DNA of 64,000 bases from the human T2T-CHM13v2.0 reference genome, Homo sapiens: assembly GCF_009914755.1 (NCBI RefSeq), contig NC_060931.1; one strand, 5' to 3'. A model generated the notes under the pieces. The model was not told where the DNA came from. It worked only from the letters and a program-made list of their open reading frames with translations, and made no database searches. The position numbers and the translations under genes are program-made. Of this stretch, positions 13,050 through 29,500 are shown piece after piece. Numbering within the stretch: position 1 is the stretch's first letter; every line of letters starts with the position of its first letter.

Positions 13050-13945
13050 TCAAAACGGCCCCCTATGGAGTTGGAATGCAACACCCAACTCCGTCCCCAC
13101 CTCTCGGAGCTCTCAGCCTACACGCTGCAGGGGCGCGAGCCACAGCCAACCTGGGGAAGATGCGACCCAGGTGCCCGCCCCAGGCCGGGGCGCCGAGTGC
13201 CAGCGCCAGGTGCAGACGCCGCCCCGTCTCCGCGGAGCCCGGGGATGCCCACGCCGGGGCGGCGGCCGGGAACCCCGGCCAGCGGCTCTCCGGGACCCCA
13301 GTCCCGCCTGCGCCCTCTCCAACGTCCGGACACGCCGTGACAACGCGGCCGGGCCCGGGGCCCGCCCCCGGCCGGTGACCGCAGTGCGCGGAGGCTGAAG
13401 TCGTAGGTGGGCGTCTGGCTTCCCCGGCCTCCTCCATCCCTCCCCGAACCTGAGCCCCGGCTCCGTCCGCCTCCCAGCCGTCTCACCGGCCTCCCGCCCG
13501 CCTCTCCGCCGTGCGCGCCCGCCTTCCGGCCTCCCAGCGCTCAGTCCTGCCGGAGGCCGACGGGAGCCGCCGCCTCCAGCTCGCGCCTCCGCTTCCTCTC
13601 GGACTCCTCCGGCTGCCCCTCACCCCGGCAAGTGGCCAGGAGAAAGCCAGCTCGCCGCTGGGCCTCCTCCCACGCTTCCCGGCCGCGACCAATGGGCCCC
13701 CGCCGCCGGGAAGCCGCGCCCGCCCCCTGGCGGTGGAGGACCAAGCGGGCGCCCGGGCCGGCCAGAGGGAAGGGCCGGAGAGCGGAGGGAGGGGTCTGCG
13801 GTCCCGCCCACCGCCCCCGGCCAGGCGCTGCACAATCTGAACTTGCCACGTGGGAGCTGCCGCCGCCGCAGCGGCCCTGCGCCGGGTGGCACTACGGGAG
13901 GGAGAAAAATGTGTCACCGCCGTCTCCCCACCGTTTACACGCACA
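13050..13945. promoter_or_regulatory. FAM3C: CpG island / FAM3C promoter: CCAAT 13689-13693, GC boxes CCGCCC 13720, 13804, 13811, E-box CACGTG 13847-13852, AP-1 TGAGTCA 13046-13052
   Basis: Very GC- and CpG-rich ~0.9 kb block in AT-rich surroundings; motifs read directly; no TATA box. Confidence 0.9.
13487..13720 (-). other. FAM3C: FAM3C non-coding exon 1 (TSS approximate); possible alternative donor GGG/GTGAGG with exon end at 13624
   Basis: Two consensus GTGAG donors on the minus strand inside the CpG island, and no ATG in the exon. FAM3C is known to have 5'UTR variants. Confidence 0.65.
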
Positions 13946-15499
13946 AAATCCCAGCCTCAAGGGCAGAACATTTTAAATGACCCACCCATCCTAGAGATGC
14001 GCCAGTTAGGTCATCTTATATATCTTGAGATAGCTGAGATGGTCAGATCAACCAAGGACCTTGGGTTATTTGCCGTTTGACTTCTTGAACCCTAGGAAAC
14101 TGATTCTGAAAATCCTACTGTCCAGCGTCATTAGAATTCTGATCACCTTTAATGCACCACCCAAGAAGAACAGTAGTCCTTGCATTTTCCAAGTCACGTT
14201 TATTTTTTAAATTATAAGATACACAATCGTTAGAAATATTTTTTCTCAGGAGATTTCCTACAATTGTGTTGATAATTGGGAAGTTAATCCAAATCTTACT
14301 ACATAAGACCTTAGAATGCAAAATTATTTCATAATTCAGATCCATATTCTAAAATAATGAATAACTGTTACCTAGTATTTGACAGAATATTGGGATCATC
14401 AGTGGTTGCAGAAATTAAATTGCATTTAAAAATAGGGTTTGACTATAGTGTGTTAATATAGAATTAATAATCTACCAAATTTTAGCTTTCCTCCAAAAAT
14501 ATAAAACACACAAACTAATAGTAACTATGAATTCTGGAGTTTGTGATCCGTGATCAGGGGAGAAAGCATGAAATGAATTCTCATTGTCTTCCATGTGCCA
14601 ATATTATGCTATTTGTGTATTACTTAAATCAAAAAACTAAGACTCCAAAACTGAGTTTAAATATCTTGCTCAAAAATACAAGATAGTAAGTTATGAAGCT
14701 GGAATTCCGGCCTAGCTTCATGTAGCTCCAAATAAACAAAAAGGCACTTTGCTTATTATAGTACCAAAAAATCATAACACTTACTGTACACATGCCTCTC
14801 CTAGACTGCTATGTCTCACTGAAAGAGTTTATGAAGCCTCTTGAGTAGGGAGGTCACGGTGTATTTCTGAAAGAGCAATCTGCTCTGTAACCGAGCCAAC
14901 CAGATTGGAAATTACATGTGACATATTCTTATAGCACCACACCTGAAACAATTCCTGTGCATAAAGTCTAATGTGTTAGTAGCCTATTCTCCACTGACCA
15001 TAAGATATAGCTTAGAACCCTTTGGTAGGTAATGAAATTAATAACAATGGGTCACAACCAACATTTTGTTGCTGTTGATTCACTGAAAAATAGAAAAAAA
15101 AACAGTTCAAAGCATAAATTCAGGATAAGTATTCTTCATGAAACATTTGTACAGCATCATGTGTGGGTGAGTGTCTGTGTGTCTATGTCCTGGATACAGT
15201 AGAAATTATATTTCTTAATATGGGTTTCAATTTTTTTAACATTGGTAAATCACTTCTTTAGGACTCCTGTTAATCAGCCAGTTCTTACACCTATAAACGA
15301 GTAAGGATAACTTCCTACTTTTACTTGGCAGGAGGTAGGGGAGCCAGGAGAAGTATTCAGGATTAATGATTAAGCTTAATAAAACCACAGAGCTTTACAG
15401 CTCCAGGAGGTATAAGCCAAAGGTATTGGCTATTACAATAACTACCGATAATTTATATTATATAATAATAGCTACTGATAATGTATATTTCTAAAGCTG

Positions 15500-15670
15500 A
15501 TATTTATTGTGTGCTTATTGTGCACCAGGCACTTTTCTAAGCACTTTATATATATAGACTTATTTAATTCTCACAATAATCCTATAAATACAGCGGAGAA
15601 AAGTGAAACTTGCTCAAGGTCCTTCTGCTATGACCAGACAGAGCTAAGATTCAAACTCACGTGCTCAACT
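15500..15670. mobile_element. MIR
   Basis: tttattgtgtgcttattgtgcaccaggcact...atttaattctcacaataatcctat...ttgctcaaggtc. Confidence 0.6.
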
Positions 15671-15710
15671 TCAAAGCCCAACTTTTTTGTTGACTCGAAA
15701 AGAATATACA

Positions 15711-17245
<1,535 letters not shown>

Positions 17246-17459
17246 GAAAGGAATGTTCATTCTCTCAATAGGTGCCATATTTTATATAAAACTATAACCT
17301 GCTTTATATTACTGTAACTATATAAGAATATATAAAAAATGTATATATAAGAATTAGATAATATTGTTAAATACAAAATTTCCAAAAAGCCTCAGAATTT
17401 TAATTGCACCCACCCTCAAGAAGAAGAGTCCACTTGGTATCATTTTTCTGTATATGGAG

Positions 17460-18010
17460 TAGTAAATTATAGGCAAATATGGCTACCAACAATTCCCCCA
17501 TTCCTGTAAGTTCATGCCACTTTGTTTTTTACCATCAAGAGGTCAATCTATGTCCTCTTCTCTTGAACCTAGGCTGGCCCCGGGACTTATTCTGACCCAT
17601 AGAATGCATGGAGGAGATCTTATGTGACTTATGGGCTTAGACCCTAAGAGACCTTGCAGCTTCCATTTTCACTAGCTTCAGGATCTAGTCACCATATAGG
17701 AAACTCAGACAACTACTGAATAATGAGAAACTACATGCAGAAAGAGAGAGGCCTAGCTCTCTCTCTCCATCCACACCATCCCATCCACTTCCCCAAGGCA
17801 CCAGCTATATGAGTAAAGTCGTGTTGCATGTTCTAGCTCCAGCTAAGCTCCTACCTGAGTATATCACATGAGTAACTCCAGACAGTACCACATGGAGCAT
17901 AACTGCCCAGCTTAGACCAACAAACCCACAGAAACTTGAGAAATAACATACTTAAAAAAAATTTACTAAGTATTGTGGTAGTTTGTTACACAGCAATAAA
18001 TAACTGAATC
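17460..18010 (+). mobile_element. MLT1G/H-type MaLR LTR
   Basis: ccatcaagagg..cttgaacctaggctggc..aagagaccttgcagcttcc..gtagtttgttacacagcaataaataactgaa. Confidence 0.7.
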
Positions 18011-19006
18011 AGGGAAGAAAACATTTGTAGGGGGAAAAGAGTTGACCAACTCTGGGGGTAGGATTACTTTAAAATATTCAAGCATGTTTATATTGGATTA
18101 TAAACTCAAACCTGTGGCAAGATGGCCAGAAACTTGCCTAGCTTCTAAAGAATATAGCAGAAGAGAGAGAAAAAGAGAGGTAAAATAATAAAACTGAAAG
18201 TAAACGTGTCAAATTTTATACCTATACAGGATAAAATACCACATCTAAGTGTCATTTGAAAATTATTATTCAGAGTTTTTATAAAAATGTGAATTTAAAA
18301 CCCTTAAACTTCATCCTTGCCTGTAAGGGCAAAATAGTACAGTTCAAAAAGCTGGAGTGCGCACAGATTTCATGGCACTGTATTTGATACATTAGCAACA
18401 CAGCCTATAAAATGTGGTTTAATTTACTATGAAACATGGAGGATACAGTAGAATGGCATTACAGCAAATGTATCTTTGCACAAAAAAGACTCTAAGTTTT
18501 TAATCTATTACTTTTCTAGTAACATACAAGAAAATTCTAGATACCATAAAAATTTGAATTTTTAAATGAATTGAATAAAAAATAAATATTCAAATAAATT
18601 TGACTTTTGATTTCACTGCATAGGGGATTCTAGTTTGGATTTGATGTTTTAATAGGTCTTTCAGTGTCGGAAAATTTAGCATTTTTGTCTTGCTTATGAA
18701 TCATGTTAAATGATATACTGTATATGGTAACCCATATCTAAAAAATGTATTGGAATCATGACTGCAAAATAACTTCCCTTTCCTTGAAATTGTTCACAAA
18801 TGTGAATTATAAGCAACTATTAAGGTTACTAGTGGCTTCCTCTGAAGACTAATTTATAATTCTGTCATAAAATATTACCCTCTAGAAAAATTTCTGACTC
18901 AGCATCATATTCTACAAAATACTTTTTTTGAAGTCTTATATGGCAGTGTTAACTGTTGGTAATGCCAAACAATGATGCAGTAACCGTGGATTTGCCTAAA
19001 TATATC

Positions 19007-19050
<44 letters not shown>

Positions 19051-19082
19051 ATACACACCTTGCATATACACAATACACACAT
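19007..19082. repeat. (CA)n microsatellite
   Basis: Direct reading. Confidence 0.9.
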
Positions 19083-21477
19083 AGTGTATAAGGTGTTTAG
19101 AAATTTATATTTATCAGACTTCTGGAGAAAAATGCTTTATGTTTTTCACTGCCACAGAATAAATGGGAAAATGTGACTACACCCCTAACGTTCATATAAA
19201 TCTAAGTAAGTACAATGAGTAAGCTTCATATTAAGTCATCTGAAAACACTTCTATCCACATTCCATTTTTTAAAAAGTCTACCAAAAAACTCTCAGAGAA
19301 GAAGCAACTGAACAAATACTGAAAAAAGTGTCTGTTTTCCTACAACATAATTGCTTAAGTCTGTAACTTCAGTTCTTTATTAAGAACTGACTATGGGAAC
19401 CCTTTAGTCTAAGCACAAAAGGACTCACTGTGACGACGGCATTTTTATTAAACATTAAGATCTCTAGTTACATTAAATTGGAATGCATTGTTTGCTTTGA
19501 AAGGCAAAACAGTAGAAATATGAGTAGCAAAACATCATTCAATTGTTAGTATTGCATAAAGACCCGTTCTCTGGTGAATTTCATGGTCACTACAGATAGT
19601 TCAGCAACACACTCCAGCAGGCCAAAATCCCATGTGGTCATAACAAGTCTAAGAAATATACAATAGAAAAACAAACACAAAATAAATATATATGTATATG
19701 TATATATACACTGCATATTGTTATTGCAATCTTTGTGTGCTTTTTCAGGTATTATATAGTCTCATAAATTTGTTGGCTATTTTTCCTAATATGACTTATT
19801 TCAATAATACTTGTTCCAAGGAATTAGATGGAAACATTGGAATTCTAGACAATGACATTGACCTTCAAAACTTACAGGCTGGCAGTATTTTATGTGCAAC
19901 AATGCTTTTCCCTGATGTACCTGTGACCTAGATAGGAAGCTGGAATCAGCCTAACCTTCCAAATATGTTTCACTAACTGCATTTCCAATTCTAGGTCACT
20001 CTCCCACCCCTCACCACCACACAAAAGGTACCACATCTGTACTATTTTGAACTTGTTTCCTGATTAAATAGGAAAGGTTACTTATGAATCCCTAAGCTGC
20101 TCATTTTTTGCACTTTTATTTTGAAATATTTTCTGTAGAACTGTTGTGGCCTTGCTGAGGCTTGGACATATTTTTAAGTGTAATTTATTTACTCAGAGAA
20201 GCTCTGCTCAAATATAGCATCTGGTATTTCATAGCGTTTTATCCAATAGTCAAATTTTCCATCTCTATTCATGAAGCCAAAACCAAGAAAACTGCTCACT
20301 TTACTTTGAAAAATCAAGCATGGGGAATTAACTAACTTTCAGATTCTATAGATTCCAGGATAATCTCACCTTCTGAAATTCCCCATCTCTTCATCTTTTC
20401 TACACCTCCAGGCCACCCTGCCCCCGATCATTGTTGAACTCATTGAAAGGACTGAAGTGAGAGGGTTGGACTTGAAGTCAGACAGATAATTTGGATCTTG
20501 GTTACATCTATTAATTGATTCTAAGTGACCTCAGCCCAGGTGCTTAGTCTGTCTAAACCAGTTCTTCCCTGTAAATGAGAACAATAGCAATCCTCTCACA
20601 GATTTTTAGTTAGTTTGTTCCATTTTGTTTTGGTATTGGAGAATGTTTAGTATAGTTTTTAGTATTGGAGGTGCAATTCATTTGCCACATCAGATCTATG
20701 GTCCCAAATAATTCTTAAATGCCATTACCCACCCTCCCCTGATTTGCATGCAAAACTTTGGTGAAGTATCTGCTTATCAGCTCAAGCCGCCAGTTGTCCT
20801 AGAACTCATTTGCACGGTCTTACTTCAGCACTAAGACATGGGACTCCTTTTGCAGAATTTTTTATTTTATTTTATTTTATTTTTACTTTTGTTGTTGTTG
20901 TTGTTCTTTTCTACACTACTACCCTTCACACACAGCCTTCACTGATTCATAGGAGCTGACATTTTCCACCTCCTCATTTCCATTGCTTCCATCCAGCCCA
21001 GCAGAACTGTCATCTCTCCATCACCAGTGGTACACCTACTGAGTGCTCATACTCATTACTGGTCCATTTGCCTTCTTCCAGGACTCCAGAGGCCACATGC
21101 TTCACTCTTTGCACCTGTATCTGAACAACCTAAGCTGCTTACTCTCCCAAATCCTCAACTCAGATGACAAATCCTCTCATAGTTTTTCACAGTTCCTTGA
21201 GGGAGACAGAACTTTTAATTGGAGCTTCTCATTCATGGTAGATCTCACCAAGGGCTTAACATATGATTCCATTTTCATGCTTCTCACTTGTTATCTTTGA
21301 GCATTTCCTGAAATAGTGATGGAATATTTCCAGCATCTGAATAGAAGCAGGTACACAGATGATTTCTCCACAAGTCTATTAAATTAATAAATTAATTTGC
21401 TATACAGGACAATTTGGAATCATACATGACCCCTGAAAATTTGAAATACATCTCACTGTCAAGAGAATACACACCTC

Positions 21478-21975
21478 CTGGCAACCACTAACCTGTTATC
21501 CATCACTATCGTTTTGTCATTTTAAGAATGTTATAGAAATGTTATCACGCAGTATGTAGTCTTTTGGGATTGGCTTTTTTCATTCAGCATAATTCTCTTA
21601 AGATTCACCCATTTGTTATCCTCAAGGCTAGGAGAGAAGAGAGAAGAAAGTGGGTGTGTTTTCAAAAGGGCATCATGAGGGATCCTGGCGTCAATAGAAT
21701 AGCTCTGTGTCTCAGCTGTGGTGGTGGATACACAACCAACACAGGGGATCAAATTACATAGACCAAAATCATACACACAAATCAGTGCTATTAAAACTGG
21801 GGACATCTGAATAAGATAAGTGGATTTTATCTCTGTGGGTATCCTGGTTGTTACATTGCACAATAATTTTATAAGATGTTACCATTTGAAGAAACTGGAT
21901 AAAGGGTACATAGATCCATTACTGCTTAGAATTACATGTGAATCTATAATGATCTAAAAATATAAAGCTTAATTA
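21478..21975. mobile_element. two adjacent old L1M 3'-end fragments in opposite orientation (minus 21478-21612, plus ~21620-21975)
   Basis: ctggcaaccactaacctg..cattcagcataatt (minus); taagatgttaccatt..aactggataaagggtaca..catgtgaatctataat (plus). Confidence 0.6.
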
Positions 21976-22216
21976 AGAACACACCAGAGGGACTTATGAC
22001 TAGCAGAGTAAGACAGCATACTTGAAGAATCGTGTAATTTGAATGTCAGATTTTGACAGAGCTTAAGGGATTTTGCACCTGCCATTTTAAAGATTTCAGA
22101 TAGTACATATTATGCAAAGTGCCTGGGTCAATTGCCCCTTCAGCCTGTAACATAAAAATGGTTCTACCATTATCCATGGAGACTAATTTCTACAAACAGC
22201 CCAAGGGAATAGAATA

Positions 22217-23030
<814 letters not shown>

Positions 23031-23528
23031 CCACTACAATGAATGATAATCAATTCATCCATTTATTCTTTCAAGAAATGTTCTTTGAGCCCCTAATAGG
23101 AATGTGGCACCATCCTGTGAAAGACAATCCACACACTATGATATCTGAATAGCTTGTAGTCACATTGAGGGGATATGCCAAAGCTTAAGGACAGTAGATA
23201 GAAAGAATGCATAAGTACAAGTGAGGACAGTGGTCGAGGCAGTAGATGAGAGAAGGCTGATCCATTGTAAACTAGATTTAGGTAGATTTTCCAGGGGCCT
23301 TATGAAAAAGCAAGGTAGCTTGAGATGGACCTGAAAGGCTGGTGGATTGCATTTTGGTTTTAAGGAATAAAAGCACTGTGGTGGAAATAACCACTGTGTT
23401 CAAATGCAAGCATTCAGGAAATTAAAATGGCCAGGACAAATGCCTAATATTGTGTTATACGACTAGAACATTTACATTGAGGCTAGATGCCAAAGGGCAT
23501 CTAAAGAAGCTTAAGAATATGGAAAACC

Positions 23529-23860
<332 letters not shown>

Positions 23861-24030
23861 TTAACCAGCAGTGTCACTGATTGATTGTATTTGTGGAACT
23901 CTGGCAGGGAACCGTCCAAAGGCAGGGATCAGCTAGAGAGCTCTGGCATAGAGCAGGTCAGAAGAGATAAAGGTCTGAGTTTAACCAGGAACAATGGGAA
24001 TTGAAGAAATGGAAGGATATGGGAGATACC

Positions 24031-24830
24031 CAGAGGCAGGCTTCATGAGCGAACTTAGAAGCGTCCTAATCTCTGCGGGGCCCGGCTTGACTTTTAATGC
24101 TCTGTGTCACTATCTTAAAATTCTTAATAATTTTCTCTTTGAATCTGTGCTTTGTAAGTAAAACCTAATGGGACAATGGGGAAGGCTTGGAGCTACTGCT
24201 CACACACAATCTCACCTCCCACAATCTCTTCTCCCCAAAACAGTTTCTCTGGTTCCAACCTTACCATTTCCTGGTGTTCTAAGCCCTGTCTGACTTCCTC
24301 CTCCCTGCTTGAGTCTAGTGTCTATTGCTGCCCTATGACCACGGTGGGGCTTGGTACAGCATGGGGAGGATCACAGTTGGGCATGCACGTCTTGTGGCAT
24401 CACACAGGAGGGCCTGGAGGCAGCTGTCCCAGCCCTAGATGGTGGGGCCTTGTTGTGCTCAATGGGCAATTCTATGGGAGTGAGCTTCTTGTCCTTCCCC
24501 AATCCAGGTAATGAACACATCCTAGCAGGGAAGTTGCAATTATGTGGGTTCCTGTTCCCTGGGAGTTGGGCAGAGGACTTTGAGCCCTGGAATGTGATCC
24601 AGCAGATAGTGGGAGGGGCAACCCAGCCATCAATTACCTTGGGAAGGGCCTGCAGGACCTTATGCCTGAGGGAGTGGGACATTAAATCTCAAATAAAAAA
24701 CACCATGACAGATGGAAAGAGAAAGACCATGGTAAGACCATTTAATTCCTTTAACAGTATCTTTCTTTCTGCTTTTTGAATAAAGGTCTTGCATTTTCAT
24801 TGTGCACTGAGACCCCACAAATTATGTAGT
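24031..24830 (+). mobile_element. MER45B/C (hAT-Tip100) DNA transposon
   Basis: MER45 termini: ggcttcatg..tttaatgctctg..cttaaaattcttaataattt and tgcattttcattgtgcactg..cccacaaattatgtag. Confidence 0.7.
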
Positions 24831-25003
24831 CTTTTAAAGGAAGTCTTATAAAGGAAGAATAGACAGGATTTATAATTCAATGTGAAAATTGTAGAGACAA
24901 AATTTATCAAGATTATGACCCTGGATGACAGAGAAAGTAGAAAGCACTATTGCCAGAAATTGCCATTCAGAAAGAGAGCTAATCCCCAAGGAAGGTGACA
25001 ACT

Positions 25004-25750
25004 TGCTATGGTTTGCATATGATTTGTTTGTCTTCACCAAATCACAGGTGGAAGTTTGATCCTGTGTGGCTGTGTTGGGAGGTGGGACTAGTGGGAGGTG
25101 TTTGGATCATGAGGGCAGATCTCTCATGAATGGCTTGGTGCTGTTCTCATGATAGTGAGTCTTCACTCTCCTGAGATAGGATTGGTTCTGATGGGATTGG
25201 ATTAGTTCCAGGATCTCAGGTTTGGTCTCTCTTTGCACATGCCTACTTCCCCTTTGACCTTCTCCACCACTTTTTGATGCAGCACAAAAGCCCAGGCCAG
25301 AAGCCAAACCAGATCCCTGCACCATGCTTTTTTTTTTTTTTTTTTTGAGACAGTGTCTTACTCTGTTGCCCAGGCTAGACTGCCAAAGTGTAGTGGCAAG
25401 ATCATAGCTCACTGCACCCTCACCCTCAAACTCCTGGGCTCAAGAGATCCTCCTGCCTCAGCCTCTCAAATAGCTTGGACTATAAGCATGCACTACCATG
25501 CCTGGCCAAATTTTAAAATTTTTGTAGAGATAGGGTCTCACTATGTTGCCCACGCTGGTCTTGAACTCTTAGCCTCAATCAGTCTTCCTACCTTGGCCTC
25601 CCAAAACACAAGGATTACAGGTGTGACCCACCATGCCTGGCCCATGCTTCTTGTACAGCCTGCGGAACCATGAGCTAAATAAATCTCTTTTCTTTATAAA
25701 CTACTCAGCCTCGGATATTCCTTTACAACCACACTAAATGGACTAAGCCA
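25004..25750 (+). mobile_element. MST-type MaLR LTR interrupted by AluJ (25328-25642, -)
   Basis: tgctatggtttg start; aaataaatctcttttctttataaactactcagcctc...aatggactaagcca end; ccatgctt flanks the Alu on both sides. Confidence 0.85.
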
Positions 25751-26267
25751 TGTGTCCTGTTAGAGGTGTGTTAAATTGTGAACTTGTGTAAACCCTAGGC
25801 TGCCAGGACTAACATTTGGGTTCTGCTTGCTGAGTGGACCCATATATGTTCCTCATGCTTGGCTTTCAAGCTGCCGGGCTCCCACCTTACCTCTGGGCAG
25901 TCTTCCTTCCACCAAACATTCCACTCTCCCAACTCCCCAAATGCTGCTCTTTGCATGTGGTGTAAAGAAGCTGATTTAGCTTAGAAGGGGTCATGGGTAG
26001 ATGTCTCAAGAATGAAAGACTTGCTTAAGAGGCTGTTGTGACATATGTATTTTACTGTCAAGCATTTCAGCCTTGAAAGTGTGAGAATATGTTTGTTTTA
26101 GTTTGAGATAAATTCTAGGGTAACCAGTTCCCCCAATCAGAAATTCACAATTTAGGTATTGTCTGTTAACATTTAAGAAAAGTTGCCCCTTAGATGAAGC
26201 TATGGTACAAATGCTTTCGATATCTGTATCTCCCATCAACACCAAAGGCTTTCCTGATTAGTGTAAC

Positions 26268-26474
26268 AAAGGTTAGATATTGCCTTATTAGTGAAATTAG
26301 TGTTCCTGATATGTATATATAAAGGTTAGATATTGCCTTCTTAGTGAAATTAGTGTTCCTGATATGTATATATAAAGGTTAGATATTGCCTTCTTAGTGA
26401 GATTAGTGTTCCTGATATGTATATATAAAGGTTAGATATTGTCTTATAGTGAAATTAGTGTTTTTGATATATAT
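26268..26474. repeat. 53-bp tandem repeat x~3.9 (AAAGGTTAGATATTGCCTTMTTAGTGAAATTAGTGTTCCTGATATGTATATAT)
   Basis: Units start at 26268, 26321, 26374, 26427. Confidence 0.92.
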
Positions 26475-26569
26475 AGAATATATATTAGATTATACATGTA
26501 GAACATATACAGGATATATTCTAATATATGTTCTATATATATAGTCTAATATATATATTCTATATATAT
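26467..26569. repeat. ~100-bp AT-rich imperfect palindrome
   Basis: Left arm ..agaatatatattagattatacatgtagaacatata; right arm tatatgttctatatatatagtctaatatatatattct.. Confidence 0.8.
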
Positions 26570-29500
26570 TCTTTATTTTGAGATATATATTTCAAAACAC
26601 ACACACACACACATATATTAGAAAAAAATTTTAGAACACTTTCTCTCCATTGCATGAACAAGATATAAGAGTCTTGTAAGGTTGTATCCTTAAGGGTAAT
26701 CTCTGAAGGTACTGCCTCTGGAATGTTCCTGCCAGAATATTGTTTCAGTATCAAATGAACCTCTCATGCAAGTTGTGTTCAAATCTCTTCAGGGTCTAGA
26801 GAACTGGAATTTCATAGAGTTTACAGAATAAGCTGTATGAATGGTTTTATGCTGTTTTGTGCCCACTTGCTAATAAATATTTGTTTAATACATGTGTTTG
26901 TAGCAGATTTTAGTTTGAGACTCATTTTTATTATAAACCATTAGCAAGTTTGTACATGTTAGTTAACCCTCCACCACCTCTATTGGCAGCTAACATTAAC
27001 TACCACAATTAAGCTAAAAGTTGTAATGAGCAAATTGGTTTAGGACAGGTTTAAACCATCCATGAACTCACATCCCAGGCATATACAGATGTTCAAGGGG
27101 CAGACGATATTCCCTTGGGTGTGTTGCTAGTCCATATCTAATGGAAATTTGTGAAGTGAGTTTCACAAAGGAAGGCCAAAGAATTTGTCTTTAAGATTTA
27201 AAAAGGAAATCCAGGGAAAGGATGGATTATCTTGGCTCTGAAAAGATCTTTGCAGCAATGTCAAAGTACAATAACTAGAAAGAAGGAAAATAGGAAATGC
27301 CAAAAAAGAAACTTAATTTCCTGGAGATATTGACATGTCTTTGTAAAAAAGAGGCACATGAAGATTTTTAAAAATACAAAGGAAGTCTGGAAATATGCAA
27401 TATACAATTACTTTTTAAAAAGTTTTCCTATTAGTTTATTTTCTTTTCAATTATTCCTTTTCTCCCATGTACATTACATGGAAGAAACCATGGGATTCTC
27501 TTCCCAGAACATGTTTGGAAGAAAACAGATTGAGATGCTCATCCCAACAAAGATGCCATCTACTCTTCAAGAAGCACCAAGCATTTCCTGAGACCTCATC
27601 ATTTCTCTTAACACATTAAACTTTCTTAGAAGGAAGTTATGTTTCAAAATAGCATTTTTAATTCTGAAATGCTGATCATTTCAAAAGGTATATAAACTTT
27701 CTGAAGCCCAACAATGGACATCAGATTATACTCACCTGAGCTACTCTTCCAATTACCAAATGGCTGCTAACCAAAGCACCTCATTGGCCAGGTCCCTTCC
27801 AAATAATTAATTTTTTTTCTAAAGGCTAACATGGCTTTCCTAAGATAGAATGAATTTAATGAACTGGGAGAAAGACAGTTTCTTGTATAATATTGTTCAA
27901 GTACTTCTCTCCCACATATAATGCAAGGGATATAATTGTGTTCAGAATTTCATCTTATAGGGTTAGCATTTGAAGGAACTTGGTTATTTGTACACATTTG
28001 AGCACCTGAACTAATAAAATGTTACTAAGCATACCTAAAATGTTTAGTTTTCATTTCTTAATCTAGAAAAACTTCAGGACTTTAAAAGTTTATCCCATAA
28101 AACTTTTATACTTGTTGCATAGTCATTTCTCATTGTAGAGTTTCAGTTACCTTAAATGGACATTTGAATGACATTTAATATGCAATTCTACTATTTTCTA
28201 CTGCTTTTCCCCATGTTCTATATGTAAAAAGGGAAAGATGCAATAATCTGAGCCCCTTCTTAAGATCTAGTTCCTGGAGTTCATTTTACCACAATTATCT
28301 GCTACTTCCTCATGAGGACCCACTCATCAAGTTCGGAGGATTTTATTCATTGCCACCACCACCATAAACCAACTTTGAGGCTATTTTGACTTCCTGTTCA
28401 AGGTAAGAGATGAAAAATATTTTCACCTTGGTTCCTTCTGAGCAAGTTATAATTTGACAAAATGAATTCATTAAGGGGTTAAGAGAAAACAAAATTGAAA
28501 TAAAGAAAAGTAACAGAAAGATAGAAGGAGAAGCTATTGTATGGCAAAATGGCATTTTTAAAAATGAGCGAGGTGAAGCTATACAGGGACTTGGCTAGAA
28601 AAAGTTCTCAGGACAAATGTCCAAGGAAAGAAGTCAGGGACACCCAACCTCTGGTATGTGTGTTTTCCCTTTAGCTAGATAAGGTGGGTGGGTCACTGGG
28701 GAACCTCCATTCCCCCAGAGACTGCTTTCTAGTTTTTCTTTTTGAGTTTATGCTCTTATCTGTCACCTGGTTCTGCTCTGGTCTCCAACTGTGACTCTCA
28801 CTTTCCTCAGAGCTCTTTGCCCCATTTGGTTAAGAAAGCTATGACTTTAGGCTGCCCTGGGATTTTTGTCCCCCTTTTTTCCTTTCTTATACCTATATTT
28901 AATGTTTTGCCTCCTTTTACTCCCTGATTTCTCTCTCCCACTACTGCAATAATTTTCCTATATGCCCAATTAATTCGGAGCCTATGGAGAGGGGGAAATC
29001 CCTATTTCGGAGGACTGTTATCATTGGACATTAATGTGATTTCATCTTTCAGTGACTTGGCTTCTTCACTACTGGGCTCGGATAACATCTTGTCCTAATC
29101 TCTGTGGCAGCCACATGGGCTTTGATGGTTGTGCCATCTTATAAAGTGTTCATTTATCTCATGTCTGTCTTGCTCTCTGCCCATCATAAAAGTCCTTTTT
29201 GAAAAAAAAAATCCTAATTGCCCATACTCCAATGCACTCTCCACTATTCTAGTTTGAACTTTCAGATAAATAATTTCATCTTAGTTGGTTAGTGGTACAG
29301 ATGTAATCAATCAATGCACCCCACTCAATAAGCATTGAGCATGTAATCCAATTTCCCAGGTGCTGGCTGATGGCTCCCTTCCCAGAAGTGGTTTACTATT
29401 CTAGTAGGATGGAATTTTCGTCCTCTTTCACCTTCTTTGTCTTTTTTATTCGAATCCCTTGAAATCTTTAAGCAAAGAATGGTGATAATTAGCAGAAGAA

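Larger units (their letters stand above)
326..13486 (-). other. FAM3C: FAM3C intron 1 (~13.2 kb)
   Basis: Donor GCCG/GTGAGA (GT at 13486-13485) to acceptor AG at 327-326. Confidence 0.75.

Noticed and set aside
13045-14080. Many overlapping 76-189 aa ORFs on both strands
   Set aside because: Stop-poor GC-rich CpG island giving Pro/Arg/Gly/Ala-rich translations with no recognisable domain; several start at non-ATG codons.
24176-24779. 103-142 aa ORFs
   Set aside because: Inside a non-autonomous MER45-type element; no transposase motifs recognised.
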